From Candidatus Collierbacteria bacterium RIFOXYD2_FULL_45_13 (lineage in GTDB: Bacteria; Patescibacteriota; Microgenomatia; UBA1400; MFAQ01): DNA of 64,000 nt. The stretch's first letter is position 1. Each line of letters begins with the position of its first letter. The stretch covers positions 351,557 to 415,556 of the forward strand of contig MFAS01000001.1 in NCBI GenBank assembly GCA_001774685.1, in the 5' to 3' direction. Shown one piece after another: positions 8,688 through 18,496 of the stretch. The translations under genes and the position numbers were made by a program. The notes under the pieces were generated by a model. It ran no database searches and had not been told where the DNA came from. It worked only from the letters and a program-made list of their open reading frames with translations.

Positions 8688-10181
8688 CTATCCGGTCTTT
8701 CCTAGTTCCGCAATTCTGGTCAATAAATACTCCCGGTTATTTTTTTTGGTATCCTCCAATACTTCTTCGAATAATTCTTTAAGAACTTTTCCGATAATTG
8801 GCCCGGGGGTTACGTTAAGTACTTTCATTACATCTAGTCCGTTCACTACCATATCATTTATTTCCATCGGTTCGAAGAGCTGTTCTCCGATCCGCTTTTG
8901 GAGTTCCATAAATCTCCAGCTGGTTGTTTTGGCACCACTGCCCTTACGGTCGGCAATGCGTAGCATCACCATGTCATTAATATTCTCTTTGCCCACCTTA
9001 CGGATCAGGCGTCGAATGGCACTGTCGGTCATATCCGGCTGGTAAGCAAACATGTGCCATCGAACCAATGTCTCGATTTTATCGATTTGTTTTCGGTTAA
9101 ATTTGAGTCTCTCCGTAATTTCTTTTATCATCCTCGCCCCGATTACTTCATGGCCGTAGAACGTCACCATTCCCTTTGTCGGCTGGGTATATCCACAACT
9201 GGCACAAGTAGTCATTTCCTCGGACAAATCCCGGTACATCTTGGCACATTTTCGGCACTTAAATCTCTGGCTTCTCGGCTTTCCTATATCATGTACAAAG
9301 GTAGCCAAGCGGATGATCGGGTCGGTTGATGGACACTCGGCCAGAGCCTCCAGCATATGATCCAAGACCGACAGTTTGTGGTGTCCACCCTGCACCACAC
9401 CACGACCCTCCATTACTTCCGGCATGAAGTGGTCCATCAGCCCCGTTGAAATGAGCAGTCTTACCCCATCTGCCGGATAGTTAGATCCAAGGATTTTCAG
9501 AAACTCTTCTCTGATTCTCTCCTTGCTGATTTTTTCCAGAAGTACCGATTTTTCACCAATCGCAGTCAACGTGTTTTCCTCAATCAAAAACCCCAGTCTG
9601 GCGGCAAACCTGATCGCCCTCATCATTCGCAGTGCATCTTCGTTAAAGCGGATACGAGGATCTCCTACGGCTCTTATCAAACCATTTTCAAAATCTCTCA
9701 GTCCATCCACCATATCCACCAGCTCATATTCTCCTTTTGAGTTTTTGGGTTTTTGAGTTTTTGTGTTTTTTATTCCAATTACTATCGCATTTATCGTAAA
9801 ATCCCTTCTGGTGACATCTTCATCCAAAGTTTTTCCCCAAGACACATTGTCTGGGCGCCGATAATCGGAATACTCTTTCTCAGATCGGTATGTCGTTACC
9901 TCGTAAAGTTCCTCAATGCCATTGATGGTTACATTAAAAGACACCGTCCCAAAATCATTGTTATAAAATGGGCTGTGCATCCTCAACACCTCCAAGCTCT
10001 GTTCGGGCGTTGCGTTAGTTGTGAGATCACAGTTTTCCGGAACCTTTCCCAAAATCAAATTTCTCACCCCACCACCTACTAAATAAATCTCGAACCCAGC
10101 CTTTTGGTATTCATCAAATGTATTCTTTAGTGGTTCTGGAATCAGTGAAACCTCATCTGGTAATAGCTGTCTGGTGTACAC
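8688..10181 (-). CDS. cca: CCA tRNA nucleotidyltransferase with HD domain
   Basis: YLVGGGVR, RRDFTINA, EDALRMMRAIRF, HDIGKP. Confidence 0.93.
   Translation of the reverse strand: MYTRQLLPDEVSLIPEPLKNTFDEYQKAGFEIYLVGGGVRNLILGKVPENCDLTTNATPEQSLEVLRMHSPFYNNDFGTVSFNVTINGIEELYEVTTYRSEKEYSDYRRPDNVSWGKTLDEDVTRRDFTINAIVIGIKNTKTQKPKNSKGEYELVDMVDGLRDFENGLIRAVGDPRIRFNEDALRMMRAIRFAARLGFLIEENTLTAIGEKSVLLEKISKERIREEFLKILGSNYPADGVRLLISTGLMDHFMPEVMEGRGVVQGGHHKLSVLDHMLEALAECPSTDPIIRLATFVHDIGKPRSQRFKCRKCAKMYRDLSEEMTTCASCGYTQPTKGMVTFYGHEVIGARMIKEITERLKFNRKQIDKIETLVRWHMFAYQPDMTDSAIRRLIRKVGKENINDMVMLRIADRKGSGAKTTSWRFMELQKRIGEQLFEPMEINDMVVNGLDVMKVLNVTPGPIIGKVLKELFEEVLEDTKKNNREYLLTRIAELGKTG
9735..9771 (+). repeat. 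8-bp tandem repeat (TTTTTGNG) x4 inside cca
   Basis: ttttgag tttttggg tttttgag tttttgtg; encodes KNTKTQKPKNSK. Confidence 0.7.
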
Positions 10182-10223
10182 GCTTAAATCTTATCACGCT
10201 GAATCATGTAGAATAGCCTCGTA

Positions 10224-11711
10224 GTGATTATATTAAAGGACATAATTTTCGAGTTGGAAAAAAACGGCAATTCGGTCGATAAGATCCGTCTTGCCGGAGT
10301 CTATAAATATGTTCGCAACGCTCACTCTGGTCAGGTAAGACAGACAGGGGATCCTCTCTTCACTCATCCAGTCACCGTCGCTTACTACTTGGCTTCTTGG
10401 GGTTTGGATCAAGTCACCGTTGAAGCAGGTTTACTCCATGAGGTCATCGAAACATCAAAAGTAACTCTCAAAGATGTGGAATGGGTTTTTGGTGAAGAGT
10501 GTGCCCGGTTGGTTGACGGTGTTGCCCGCGTCGGACAGGTTAAGCTCAGAGGCAGTCGAGACGAAGAGTTTTTGGAAAATCTGCGCAGAATGTTCGTCGC
10601 CATGGCCCAAGATATCCGGGTGGTCATTATTCGGTTAGCAGACCGACTACATAATATTTCTACCTTAGATGCGGTTCCCATCTCCAAACAAAAAAGAATC
10701 TCTCTCGAAACCTTAGAGGTCTACGCCCCCCTTGCGGACAGGTTGGGCATGGGTAAGTTAAAAGGGGACTTGGAAGACTCGGCCTTTCCTTATGTTTATC
10801 CGGAAGAATACAACTGGTTAGTTACCATCGCCAAACCGCACTTCAAATATTCCGAAGATAACATTCTGGAAACAATTAACCGCATTCGGCAACAATTGGC
10901 CAAGCATGGAATCAAAGCCCATACCGAATATCGTCTCAAACGTAAATACAGTTTGTTTCGCAAACTACTCAGGCCGGAAATCAATCGTGATATTAGCCGG
11001 ATCCACGACTTAATGGCCATCAGGATCATCACCGAAGACACCGCCTCATGTTACTCCACTCTTGGCATAATTCATCAATACTGGAAACCGGTTCCCTTCT
11101 TAGGTATTTCCGATTTCATTTCCCAGCCAAAACCAAACGGCTATCAATCTATCCATACCAAGGTTTTCGACAACCGGGGCAATATCGTAGAAGTACAGAT
11201 TCGTTCCGAAGAAATGCATTTGCAGGCCGAGTTTGGCGCCGCCGCTCACTTTGCCTATACCAGAGCCAAACATGAAGGTGCCTCGGATGAGAAACTTGAG
11301 AAGGGAACCGCCTTCACCATTTCGGAAAAAATGGCTTGGGTTAAACAGCTGGCCGGTTGGCAGCAACAGGTCGTTGGTGTCAAAGAGACTTTATCTGATT
11401 TTCATCTTGATGCGCTTTCTCACCACATTTATGTATTCTCTCCCAAGGGGGACGTCTACGATCTTCCCGAAGACGCAACTCCTGTCGACTATGCGTTTAA
11501 TGTGCATTCTAACCTGGGGTTTTATATCCAGTCGGCCAAGATAAACGATAAAATTGCCTCCGTCGATGCCAAGCTTAAGAGCGGAGACGTGGTGGAAATA
11601 ATCAAAACAAAGAAACCCAAATTACCGAACAGAAACTGGTTGCGGTTTGTCAAAACTCACAAGGCCAAGTTGGAAATTAAAAAAGCCCTCGAGAAGGGTA
11701 CTGGGGTATAA
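10224..11711 (+). CDS. relA: RelA/SpoT (p)ppGpp synthetase/hydrolase (HD-SYNTH-TGS)
   Basis: LADRLHN, YAPLADRLG, PKPNGYQSIH, EVQIR, TGS motif VFSPKGD..LP..ATPVDYA. Confidence 0.92.
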   Translation: MIILKDIIFELEKNGNSVDKIRLAGVYKYVRNAHSGQVRQTGDPLFTHPVTVAYYLASWGLDQVTVEAGLLHEVIETSKVTLKDVEWVFGEECARLVDGVARVGQVKLRGSRDEEFLENLRRMFVAMAQDIRVVIIRLADRLHNISTLDAVPISKQKRISLETLEVYAPLADRLGMGKLKGDLEDSAFPYVYPEEYNWLVTIAKPHFKYSEDNILETINRIRQQLAKHGIKAHTEYRLKRKYSLFRKLLRPEINRDISRIHDLMAIRIITEDTASCYSTLGIIHQYWKPVPFLGISDFISQPKPNGYQSIHTKVFDNRGNIVEVQIRSEEMHLQAEFGAAAHFAYTRAKHEGASDEKLEKGTAFTISEKMAWVKQLAGWQQQVVGVKETLSDFHLDALSHHIYVFSPKGDVYDLPEDATPVDYAFNVHSNLGFYIQSAKINDKIASVDAKLKSGDVVEIIKTKKPKLPNRNWLRFVKTHKAKLEIKKALEKGTGV

Positions 11712-11722
11712 AATGGACTAAC

Positions 11723-12628
11723 TTGATGAAAAAATACCCCAAACTCCCAAGATTACTTCTCGACGCTTTTTCTCTCCTGGGAATTTGTTTATTTTTTGTT
11801 CTTTCGCCGGTCATTGGCAAGGTACCGGGCTCTAGCCAACCGGCGGTCAAAGCTGCATATGTTACAGAGCCAAACCTGCCCGTCCAAACCGGCGTCAGTG
11901 CTCCGAACCTGACCGCCCAGGGAGTTTTTATCATGGATGTGGACACTGGCACAATCCTCTATGACAAGAACCCGCACTTGCCTCTAAAGCCGGCATCTCT
12001 GACAAAAATAATGACAGCCCTCATCGCCATGGATTATTTCCAAGATGACTCGGTTCTCAAAGTAGTCAACGGTCAATCATCGCTTGGAAATACAGCCGAC
12101 TTGATCAAGGGTGATGAATTGACCGCCTTAGATTTATTTTATGCCCTACTTGTTCCATCGGGAAACGATGCCGCGGTTACTCTGGCAGAGAACTACCCCG
12201 GCGGCTATCGGATCTTTTTGGAAAGAATGAATCAAAAAGTGGGGGAGCTTGGTCTCAAGAATACTCACTTTGTGAACGTCTCCGGTGTCGAAAGCCCGGA
12301 TCACTACACCACTGCCTACGACATCGCCATGATAGCGAGAAAGGCTCTCGCCAGGCAGCGTTTTGCCACCATCGTTTCTACAAAAAGCATTACCCTCCGG
12401 AGTCTAAAAGGACATCTCTATCCCCTTACTTCCACTAACGTACTTCTGGAACAACCCGGCATTCTCGGTGTCAAGACCGGATGGACCCCAGAGGCGGGAG
12501 AGTGTTTGGTAATACTGGCCGAGAGAGACAGTCACCCAATATTAATCAGTTTACTCAATAGTAAAGATCGTTTCGGTGAAGGGGAAAAACTGGTCAAATG
12601 GGCCTACTCCAACTTCACCTGGCAATAA
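11723..12628 (+). CDS. dacA: D-alanyl-D-alanine carboxypeptidase (peptidase S11)
   Basis: ASLTK (SxxK), SGN (SxN), KTG motifs. Confidence 0.92.
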   Translation: MMKKYPKLPRLLLDAFSLLGICLFFVLSPVIGKVPGSSQPAVKAAYVTEPNLPVQTGVSAPNLTAQGVFIMDVDTGTILYDKNPHLPLKPASLTKIMTALIAMDYFQDDSVLKVVNGQSSLGNTADLIKGDELTALDLFYALLVPSGNDAAVTLAENYPGGYRIFLERMNQKVGELGLKNTHFVNVSGVESPDHYTTAYDIAMIARKALARQRFATIVSTKSITLRSLKGHLYPLTSTNVLLEQPGILGVKTGWTPEAGECLVILAERDSHPILISLLNSKDRFGEGEKLVKWAYSNFTWQ

Positions 12629-13714
12629 TCATTTCTTCTCTATCCACTCGTTCCTCACCGCCGACACGTAGGCCGTAAAACCTTGATCCCCTAGGAATAC
12701 AAAAATTGGCATAGCGTATTTTTGGTTCTCATTTGAGTCATAATATCCCAAGAAGACTCTTCGGATTTTGACTTCTCCGGATCTCGGACCAATAGGAGTG
12801 ACAAACCCACCTCCTCCCGAAAGTTCATCCCAAGCCTCCTCACCTGTCTTTACCGGGTATGTCGAATTCTTGGCGTAGTCAATGTTAGTGTATTCATAGT
12901 CCATATACACAACTTTCTCGCTTTGGATCTTCGACCCGCTTACCACTACACGTATTAAACCCTTGCTCGGATCTGTCCGGTAAAACGGGTAACTTGCTTT
13001 AATTTCTTTTGTTTTGCTGTTTGGATCAATCTCATCAATATTTTTCCTAAACAAGTCCAATTGAACAAAATCAGCATCGGACAGGGAGAGAGCGGAAACC
13101 AATTTAGCTGCGTCATTTTTCAAATACGTTACTTTTTCAACTCCGACAGCGTCGTCGTTCAGGAGCCCAATTCTTTTTATATAATTCTCTGTCTCCGTTA
13201 TCACTTGTTTGTCAGACTGAAAATTACCCATTGTAGCCAGTGCCGGGTTGTTTTGCCACTGGCGTGAGAGGACAAAGTGCCCGGAAATAATATTCATCTC
13301 CAGCTTCGAGCTAAGTTGGTCTTGATTGGTCCAAATATAATCCGTTTCTGTTGGCTGAAAGGGTTTAAAGAGAAACCCAAGAGCTGTAGCTGTGTCTACT
13401 GCCGTATCTGCATCAGCAAAGCCGCTTCTCTTGGTCGGAGCCCAATAGACTCTCATGCGGTCAGGGAAAGCAGGTATTACCCCGGTCGGTAGTTCCAAAG
13501 ACATCTTTGGTCTATCTTTACTCGCCGGGAAATTGAGCTCGGATAAAACTCCAAAGCTTGCCCCAGCCGGAGGCAGGGGAGGAGGGTTAAGTAGCTTGTA
13601 GTAGTCCAGAGCGGCCACCCCAATGTACCAAAGGATAGTGATTCCGACGAACCCAATAGCCCCCCACTTTATTGCCTTTCTTGCCACCACAGATGCTTCG
13701 GTTAGTGTAGCCAT
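12629..13714 (-). CDS. Hypothetical membrane-anchored protein
   Basis: Likely start MATLTEAS; N-terminal TM; divergent from gltX. Confidence 0.75.
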   Translation of the reverse strand: MATLTEASVVARKAIKWGAIGFVGITILWYIGVAALDYYKLLNPPPLPPAGASFGVLSELNFPASKDRPKMSLELPTGVIPAFPDRMRVYWAPTKRSGFADADTAVDTATALGFLFKPFQPTETDYIWTNQDQLSSKLEMNIISGHFVLSRQWQNNPALATMGNFQSDKQVITETENYIKRIGLLNDDAVGVEKVTYLKNDAAKLVSALSLSDADFVQLDLFRKNIDEIDPNSKTKEIKASYPFYRTDPSKGLIRVVVSGSKIQSEKVVYMDYEYTNIDYAKNSTYPVKTGEEAWDELSGGGGFVTPIGPRSGEVKIRRVFLGYYDSNENQKYAMPIFVFLGDQGFTAYVSAVRNEWIEKK

Positions 13715-13725
13715 AGTCTTAATAA

Positions 13726-13733
13726 AGTATACT
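13726..13733. promoter_or_regulatory. Palindromic bidirectional -10 element (AGTATACT)
   Basis: TATACT on both strands inside a 25-bp divergent spacer. Confidence 0.55.
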
Positions 13734-13739
13734 ATCCAT

Positions 13740-15161
13740 ATGGCCGATACGCACGTCAGAACTAGAAATGCCCCTTCACCCACCGGTGTCCCCCATGTAG
13801 GGAATACTCGCACAGCACTTTTTGATTACCTTTTAGCCAAAAAATATGGTGGAGAATTTATTTTGCGTATCGAAGATACCGACCAAGATCGCTTTGTTCC
13901 GGGTTCCATAGAAAAAATCTACCAAATTCACGATCTTCTTGGTCTGGTGCGTGACGAAGATCCTGTGGTGGGTGGGCCTTTTGGTCCATACATTCAATCT
14001 CAAAGGCTGGAGATTTATCAAAAATATGCCAGTCTTCTTGTCGGCATAGACGCCGCCTATCCCTGTTTTTGTTCTGAGGAAAGATTAAAGTCACTTCATG
14101 AAAAAGATCAGTTTGCCAAATACGATCGTTTTTGTCGAAAACTTACCAGTGAAGAAGCCCAAAGGAAAATTGCAGCAGGTGAACCGTACGTCTTACGAGT
14201 CAAACTTCCTGAAACCGGTTTCACTATTTGGCACGACCTTGTTCAGGGAAAACTTAGTCTACCCAATAATGAATGTGACGACAAGGTAATAATGAAAACG
14301 ATCGGCATACCTACCTATCACCTGGCTGTAGTCATCGATGACCACCTCATGAAGATCAGTCATGTGCTTCGTGGAGTCGAGTGGATGGCCTCCACCCCGG
14401 TACATTTATTTCTTTACGAAGCACTCGGCTGGCAACCTCCCACTTTTGCCCACGTTCCACTGCTTCTTGGACCGGATAAAAGCAAACTCTCCAAGCGTCA
14501 CGGAGCCAAATCTGTCCTCGAATATGCCGAAGATGGTTACCTTCCGGAAGCCATTAACAACTTCCTTTTTTATCTTGGCTTCTCTTACAAAGACAATTCT
14601 GAGATGCTTACCCTCGATAAAATGGTCGAAATATTTGATGAAAAGAAAATTCAAAGACAAAACGCTATCTTTGATATCCAGCGTTTAAATTACCTCAACA
14701 GCCAATGGATCAAAAAAATGCCCATAGAAGATTTATTCTTAAGATTAAACACTTACATCCCGGCTGATTGGAATGATGAGAAGGTCAAGCAAATCCTGGC
14801 TTTAGTCAAAGAAAGGATGTTTACTTTGAGGGACTTTGCCCCGGCGGCGGAATATTTCTTTACGGCTCCAGTAGTCAGTGTCCAGTCTGTCTTGGATCAG
14901 TCCGGCCATTCAGAAAAAGAAACTGTGTCTTGGTTTGAGACGGTCAAATCGGTTATCAAAGATATCTCGGACTTTAATTCGACAGTTCTCCATGATGAGT
15001 TGGCCAAAGCCCAGGCCATTTCCGGCTTCTCTCCCAAAGAAGCTTTTATGTCACTCCGTGTGGCCATCTCGGGCCGTTCTGTCACCCCGCCACTCTTTGA
15101 CTGCATGGTAATTTTAGGCAAAGACGAAACTCTCAAGAGATTGTCCGCCATTATTTCTTGA
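13740..15161 (+). CDS. gltX: Glutamate--tRNA ligase
   Basis: APSPTG.PHVG, FILRIEDTD, KLSKRHG; start MADTHVRTR. Confidence 0.97.
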   Translation: MADTHVRTRNAPSPTGVPHVGNTRTALFDYLLAKKYGGEFILRIEDTDQDRFVPGSIEKIYQIHDLLGLVRDEDPVVGGPFGPYIQSQRLEIYQKYASLLVGIDAAYPCFCSEERLKSLHEKDQFAKYDRFCRKLTSEEAQRKIAAGEPYVLRVKLPETGFTIWHDLVQGKLSLPNNECDDKVIMKTIGIPTYHLAVVIDDHLMKISHVLRGVEWMASTPVHLFLYEALGWQPPTFAHVPLLLGPDKSKLSKRHGAKSVLEYAEDGYLPEAINNFLFYLGFSYKDNSEMLTLDKMVEIFDEKKIQRQNAIFDIQRLNYLNSQWIKKMPIEDLFLRLNTYIPADWNDEKVKQILALVKERMFTLRDFAPAAEYFFTAPVVSVQSVLDQSGHSEKETVSWFETVKSVIKDISDFNSTVLHDELAKAQAISGFSPKEAFMSLRVAISGRSVTPPLFDCMVILGKDETLKRLSAIIS

Positions 15162-15165
15162 TCTT

Positions 15166-16050
15166 ATGGCCACTACCAACCTACTTAAGTCGATTGAAAA
15201 GCTCGAGAAAAGGTCGTCTACACTCAGGCGCAAACTTCTGCGCCATTCGGCATCCAAAAAATTTTTTACCAAATCAAGTTTAATCGCTCACCGTCTGCGC
15301 CAAAGATCCAGCCAGATTCTTGCCGGTGCCGGACTGATTGGAGCCATCCTTACCATGCCGGCTCCTCCAAACCTTTCTATCGCCGGGCAGCTACCCGACT
15401 CTACTCAGAACCAGCCAATTGAAAATAAGCTTACAGTCAGGCAAAAATTAATGACCGGTTTACAGGAGTTACTACCTCACCAGCCGACCAAGCTTACTCC
15501 AGAGTCGGCCGAAAAAGTTGAGAGGGTCATCTTTGAGAACACCGGTATTATCGCCAAAGCCGTTTTGGAAGATCAGTCACTCAATCACCAGCTAGGCTAT
15601 ATCGGTTTTGAACAGCATTTGTTTCGTTTTCCGGGTGATTCTTTAGCCCAGCACGATGAAATACAGGAGGCTGGTATAGCGCCGGGTCGAGGAGCTTTTG
15701 GCTACTTCGCCAAAGACTCAGGTAGCTTCACCACTCGCGAATACCAGAGAGAGAAATATTACTGTGTGGTCCAAACTTTATATCTCGAAAGTTGGAATCG
15801 CGACCACAAGTTTCTCAAGGACTGGTATGCTTTTCGGAAAATGATCGTCATCAATCCGGTGAACGGTTTAGCTGTTGTCTGTGACATTGGTGACGCCGGC
15901 CCGGCCGACTGGACGGGGAAACAGTTTGGTGGCTCTCCGGAAACTATGCAATACTTGGATTTAAACAAGGGTCCGCGGAAAGGTCTGGTACTCATGCTTT
16001 TTATAGACGATCCCGATAATAAAGTCCCTCTCGGCCCAATAGTCAATTAA
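15166..16050 (+). CDS. Conserved hypothetical protein, possible RlpA-like barrel at the C-terminus
   Basis: INPVNGLAVVCDIGDAGP motif; one TM segment. Confidence 0.65.
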   Translation: MATTNLLKSIEKLEKRSSTLRRKLLRHSASKKFFTKSSLIAHRLRQRSSQILAGAGLIGAILTMPAPPNLSIAGQLPDSTQNQPIENKLTVRQKLMTGLQELLPHQPTKLTPESAEKVERVIFENTGIIAKAVLEDQSLNHQLGYIGFEQHLFRFPGDSLAQHDEIQEAGIAPGRGAFGYFAKDSGSFTTREYQREKYYCVVQTLYLESWNRDHKFLKDWYAFRKMIVINPVNGLAVVCDIGDAGPADWTGKQFGGSPETMQYLDLNKGPRKGLVLMLFIDDPDNKVPLGPIVN

Positions 16051-16074
16051 AATATTAATTATTAGTCATCTGGG

Positions 16075-16102
16075 AACCGAAATCTGAAAACTGAGATCTA
16101 AA
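16075..16102 (+). repeat. Degenerate 7-bp tandem repeat x4, intergenic
   Basis: aaccgaa atctgaa aactgag atctaaa. Confidence 0.5.
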
Positions 16103-16106
16103 ACAC

Positions 16107-16430
16107 ATGGCAATACTTTTTTACGACCATCTCGTCGCCAAGTCTGAAATCGAGCAACTGCTGGCCGAAATTGACGAAGCGGAAAACCAAAAAGGTAAGA
16201 CTGTACAGCTTATCGATGACATTATTTTCCAGGGTATAGTCGGTTTTATTTTGGAAAAACTGGAGCCGCACCATCATCATGTTTTTTTAACAATTGTTCA
16301 CGAAAGACCATATGACCCTGAGATTATTTCCTATTTAAAGTTGCATGCCGGTTCCGATATCGAAGAGAAGATTCGCAGTGAAGCCGACCAGTTGGTCAAA
16401 ATGATTCTTCGCGATCTTCAAGTGGAATAG
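16107..16430 (+). CDS. Hypothetical protein
   Basis: 107-aa ORF in the same strand run as its neighbours. Confidence 0.7.
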   Translation: MAILFYDHLVAKSEIEQLLAEIDEAENQKGKTVQLIDDIIFQGIVGFILEKLEPHHHHVFLTIVHERPYDPEIISYLKLHAGSDIEEKIRSEADQLVKMILRDLQVE

Positions 16431-16475
16431 GACGCAATCTATACAAACAAGTTCATCAGTGCTACCCTAATAGTT

Positions 16476-17003
16476 ATGAAAGACGAAAAATGCCCCAAGT
16501 GTGGTTCCCCCCTCGGAGAAATAGTGGAGACACCTTCAGGAAAAAGACTTCAGCGATGTTCCACCGGTAGTTGGAACAAAGAGACGAAAAAGTCCGAAGG
16601 CTGTGACTACGTTAAGTGGCTGGAGGTCGAACCCCAGACCCTAGACGAAAAATGCCCCAAGTGTGACTCTCCTTTGATACTTCAAGTCACCCGTTTTGGT
16701 AAAAAGATGAAAAAGTGTAGTACCAACGTTTGGAACAAAGAAACCAAAACCTCGGAAGGTTGTGATTATGTCGAGTGGATCAACGGTACCACCGAAAAGC
16801 TGGACGAAAAATGCCCACAGTGTGGCGAACCCTTGGTTCTCTTTACCACTACCGCCGGCAAGCGTCTTAAAAAGTGCTCTACTTCCGGCTGGGATCGGGA
16901 AGCCAAGAAAGCCACCGGTTGTGACTACGTACAGTGGCTCAAGGGTAACTTCAACGCTCCCGCCAACGGGGAAGAGTTCCTTCCACCTGAGGATATCTTC
17001 TAA
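16476..17003 (+). CDS. Stand-alone topoisomerase-type C4 zinc-ribbon repeat protein (3 repeats)
   Basis: Three DEKCPxC...KCST..W.....GCDYV.W units. Confidence 0.85.
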   Translation: MKDEKCPKCGSPLGEIVETPSGKRLQRCSTGSWNKETKKSEGCDYVKWLEVEPQTLDEKCPKCDSPLILQVTRFGKKMKKCSTNVWNKETKTSEGCDYVEWINGTTEKLDEKCPQCGEPLVLFTTTAGKRLKKCSTSGWDREAKKATGCDYVQWLKGNFNAPANGEEFLPPEDIF

Positions 17004-17068
17004 GTCCACCACCACTCCAACCTTATTCTTGGCATGACAAAAGAAATAATTGGTGCAACAATGAAGTA

Positions 17069-17482
17069 GTGCAGAAAAGATCAGACACTTCCATTGACCG
17101 ACTCTCCCAACGGGTGACCCATTATATTGGTACTACTACCTCTATCCTGATTCATACTCTTCTTTTTGCCGGCATTTTCTCCCTGCGTTTCTTTGGTTCT
17201 TCCACCGAAGAAATACTCTTGATTCTTACCACGGCGGTCTCCCTGGAAGCTATTTATCTGGCCATTTTTATCCAGATGACTGTCAATCGTACCACCGAGA
17301 GCCTGGCTGGTGTCGAGCGTGATATTGACGACATTCAGGAGGACATCGATGACATTCAGGAAGACGTCAGTGAGGACACCACCGACGAGGTGGACATGGT
17401 CTCCGTTCTCAAAGACATGGAGTTGAGGCTGCGGGAGCTCCAAAAGGACATCTCCACCCTCCAGAAACAAAGCAAAAGTTGA
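17069..17482 (+). CDS. DUF1003-like membrane protein with coiled coil
   Basis: LTTAVSLEAIYLAIFIQM motif; DIDDIQE duplicated. Confidence 0.75.
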   Translation: MQKRSDTSIDRLSQRVTHYIGTTTSILIHTLLFAGIFSLRFFGSSTEEILLILTTAVSLEAIYLAIFIQMTVNRTTESLAGVERDIDDIQEDIDDIQEDVSEDTTDEVDMVSVLKDMELRLRELQKDISTLQKQSKS

Positions 17483-17557
17483 CTTGCTTGTGCCTATAGG
17501 ATAGAATCTCCCTATTCTAGGTTCCTTAATAAATGAGCCTGTTTCAGGAGGTTTTTC

Positions 17558-18448
17558 ATGAAATTCCCCAAGATTCTGCTTATTCCTATCTTGTTGTTGA
17601 TCTTGTTGGTCGGCTGCGGCCCTCGTCCGGAAACAGGTGAAATTGGCTTCAAGGTTCCGACTGTTTCAGACAAGGGCTTCGCCACTTTCCACGATCCGGC
17701 GGAGGTTGGACAGCTTTCCATCTCGGTCTCGCTTTACTCTAGCTTCGAGATGGACAAGGAAGCTCGTATCTATGTCGACAATACCGGCCCCTACTCTTGT
17801 TGGCTGTCGGCAGGCATTACCAGCCCCTGCAACAACGTCCCTCTCTCCCAGCCTGGAGTTCATACTCTTCGAGCCGAAGTTGACAAGATGAACGGTGAGG
17901 TCGTTTCAACCGAAATCTCGGTCGAGTGGGTACCTTACAGCCCGATTGAAAGCTTCGCTCTCAATCTTGCTGGTAGAATGGGTATCCAGAGCCCTCAGCT
18001 AGGCTTCAACGTCATTGTCTTTATTTTTGCATCGCTTCTCGTTGTCCTTTTTCTCGCCCTCAAATCCAGCAAGGAAGGTGCAGTGGTTTTTTCCGTTCTG
18101 GTGTTGCTGGGTATCGTCTTCTTTGCACCTCCAGATATATCAGCACTGATTGTTGAGGGTCTTTACGGGGTGGCTGGGGGAATTATCTTCATCTACCTGA
18201 TCAAAGCCTTCTTCGACCGTATGCGACATCTCACTTTCATGCATGTCCCCGGAAAGTTCACCGGTGCCTATGCAGGTGCTGGTGGCGAAGAGGGAGCGAG
18301 TGTTGTGCGGGAATTGGGAAATGCTGGACAAAGAACTATCAGCGCCTCTGAAGACCAAACATATCTGCCTGGTTATGACGAGTCGGAATATCTACCTGGT
18401 GATGTTATAACACCACTAAGACTACCACCTGGTCGTCGCAGACGGTAG
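17558..18448 (+). CDS. Hypothetical lipoprotein with internal TM helices
   Basis: Lipobox LVGC; AGGAGG SD. Confidence 0.7.
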   Translation: MKFPKILLIPILLLILLVGCGPRPETGEIGFKVPTVSDKGFATFHDPAEVGQLSISVSLYSSFEMDKEARIYVDNTGPYSCWLSAGITSPCNNVPLSQPGVHTLRAEVDKMNGEVVSTEISVEWVPYSPIESFALNLAGRMGIQSPQLGFNVIVFIFASLLVVLFLALKSSKEGAVVFSVLVLLGIVFFAPPDISALIVEGLYGVAGGIIFIYLIKAFFDRMRHLTFMHVPGKFTGAYAGAGGEEGASVVRELGNAGQRTISASEDQTYLPGYDESEYLPGDVITPLRLPPGRRRR

Positions 18449-18496
18449 AGTCACTCTATGCCGCTTCACCCCTCATCTTTATGGTGAGGGTTTTTC

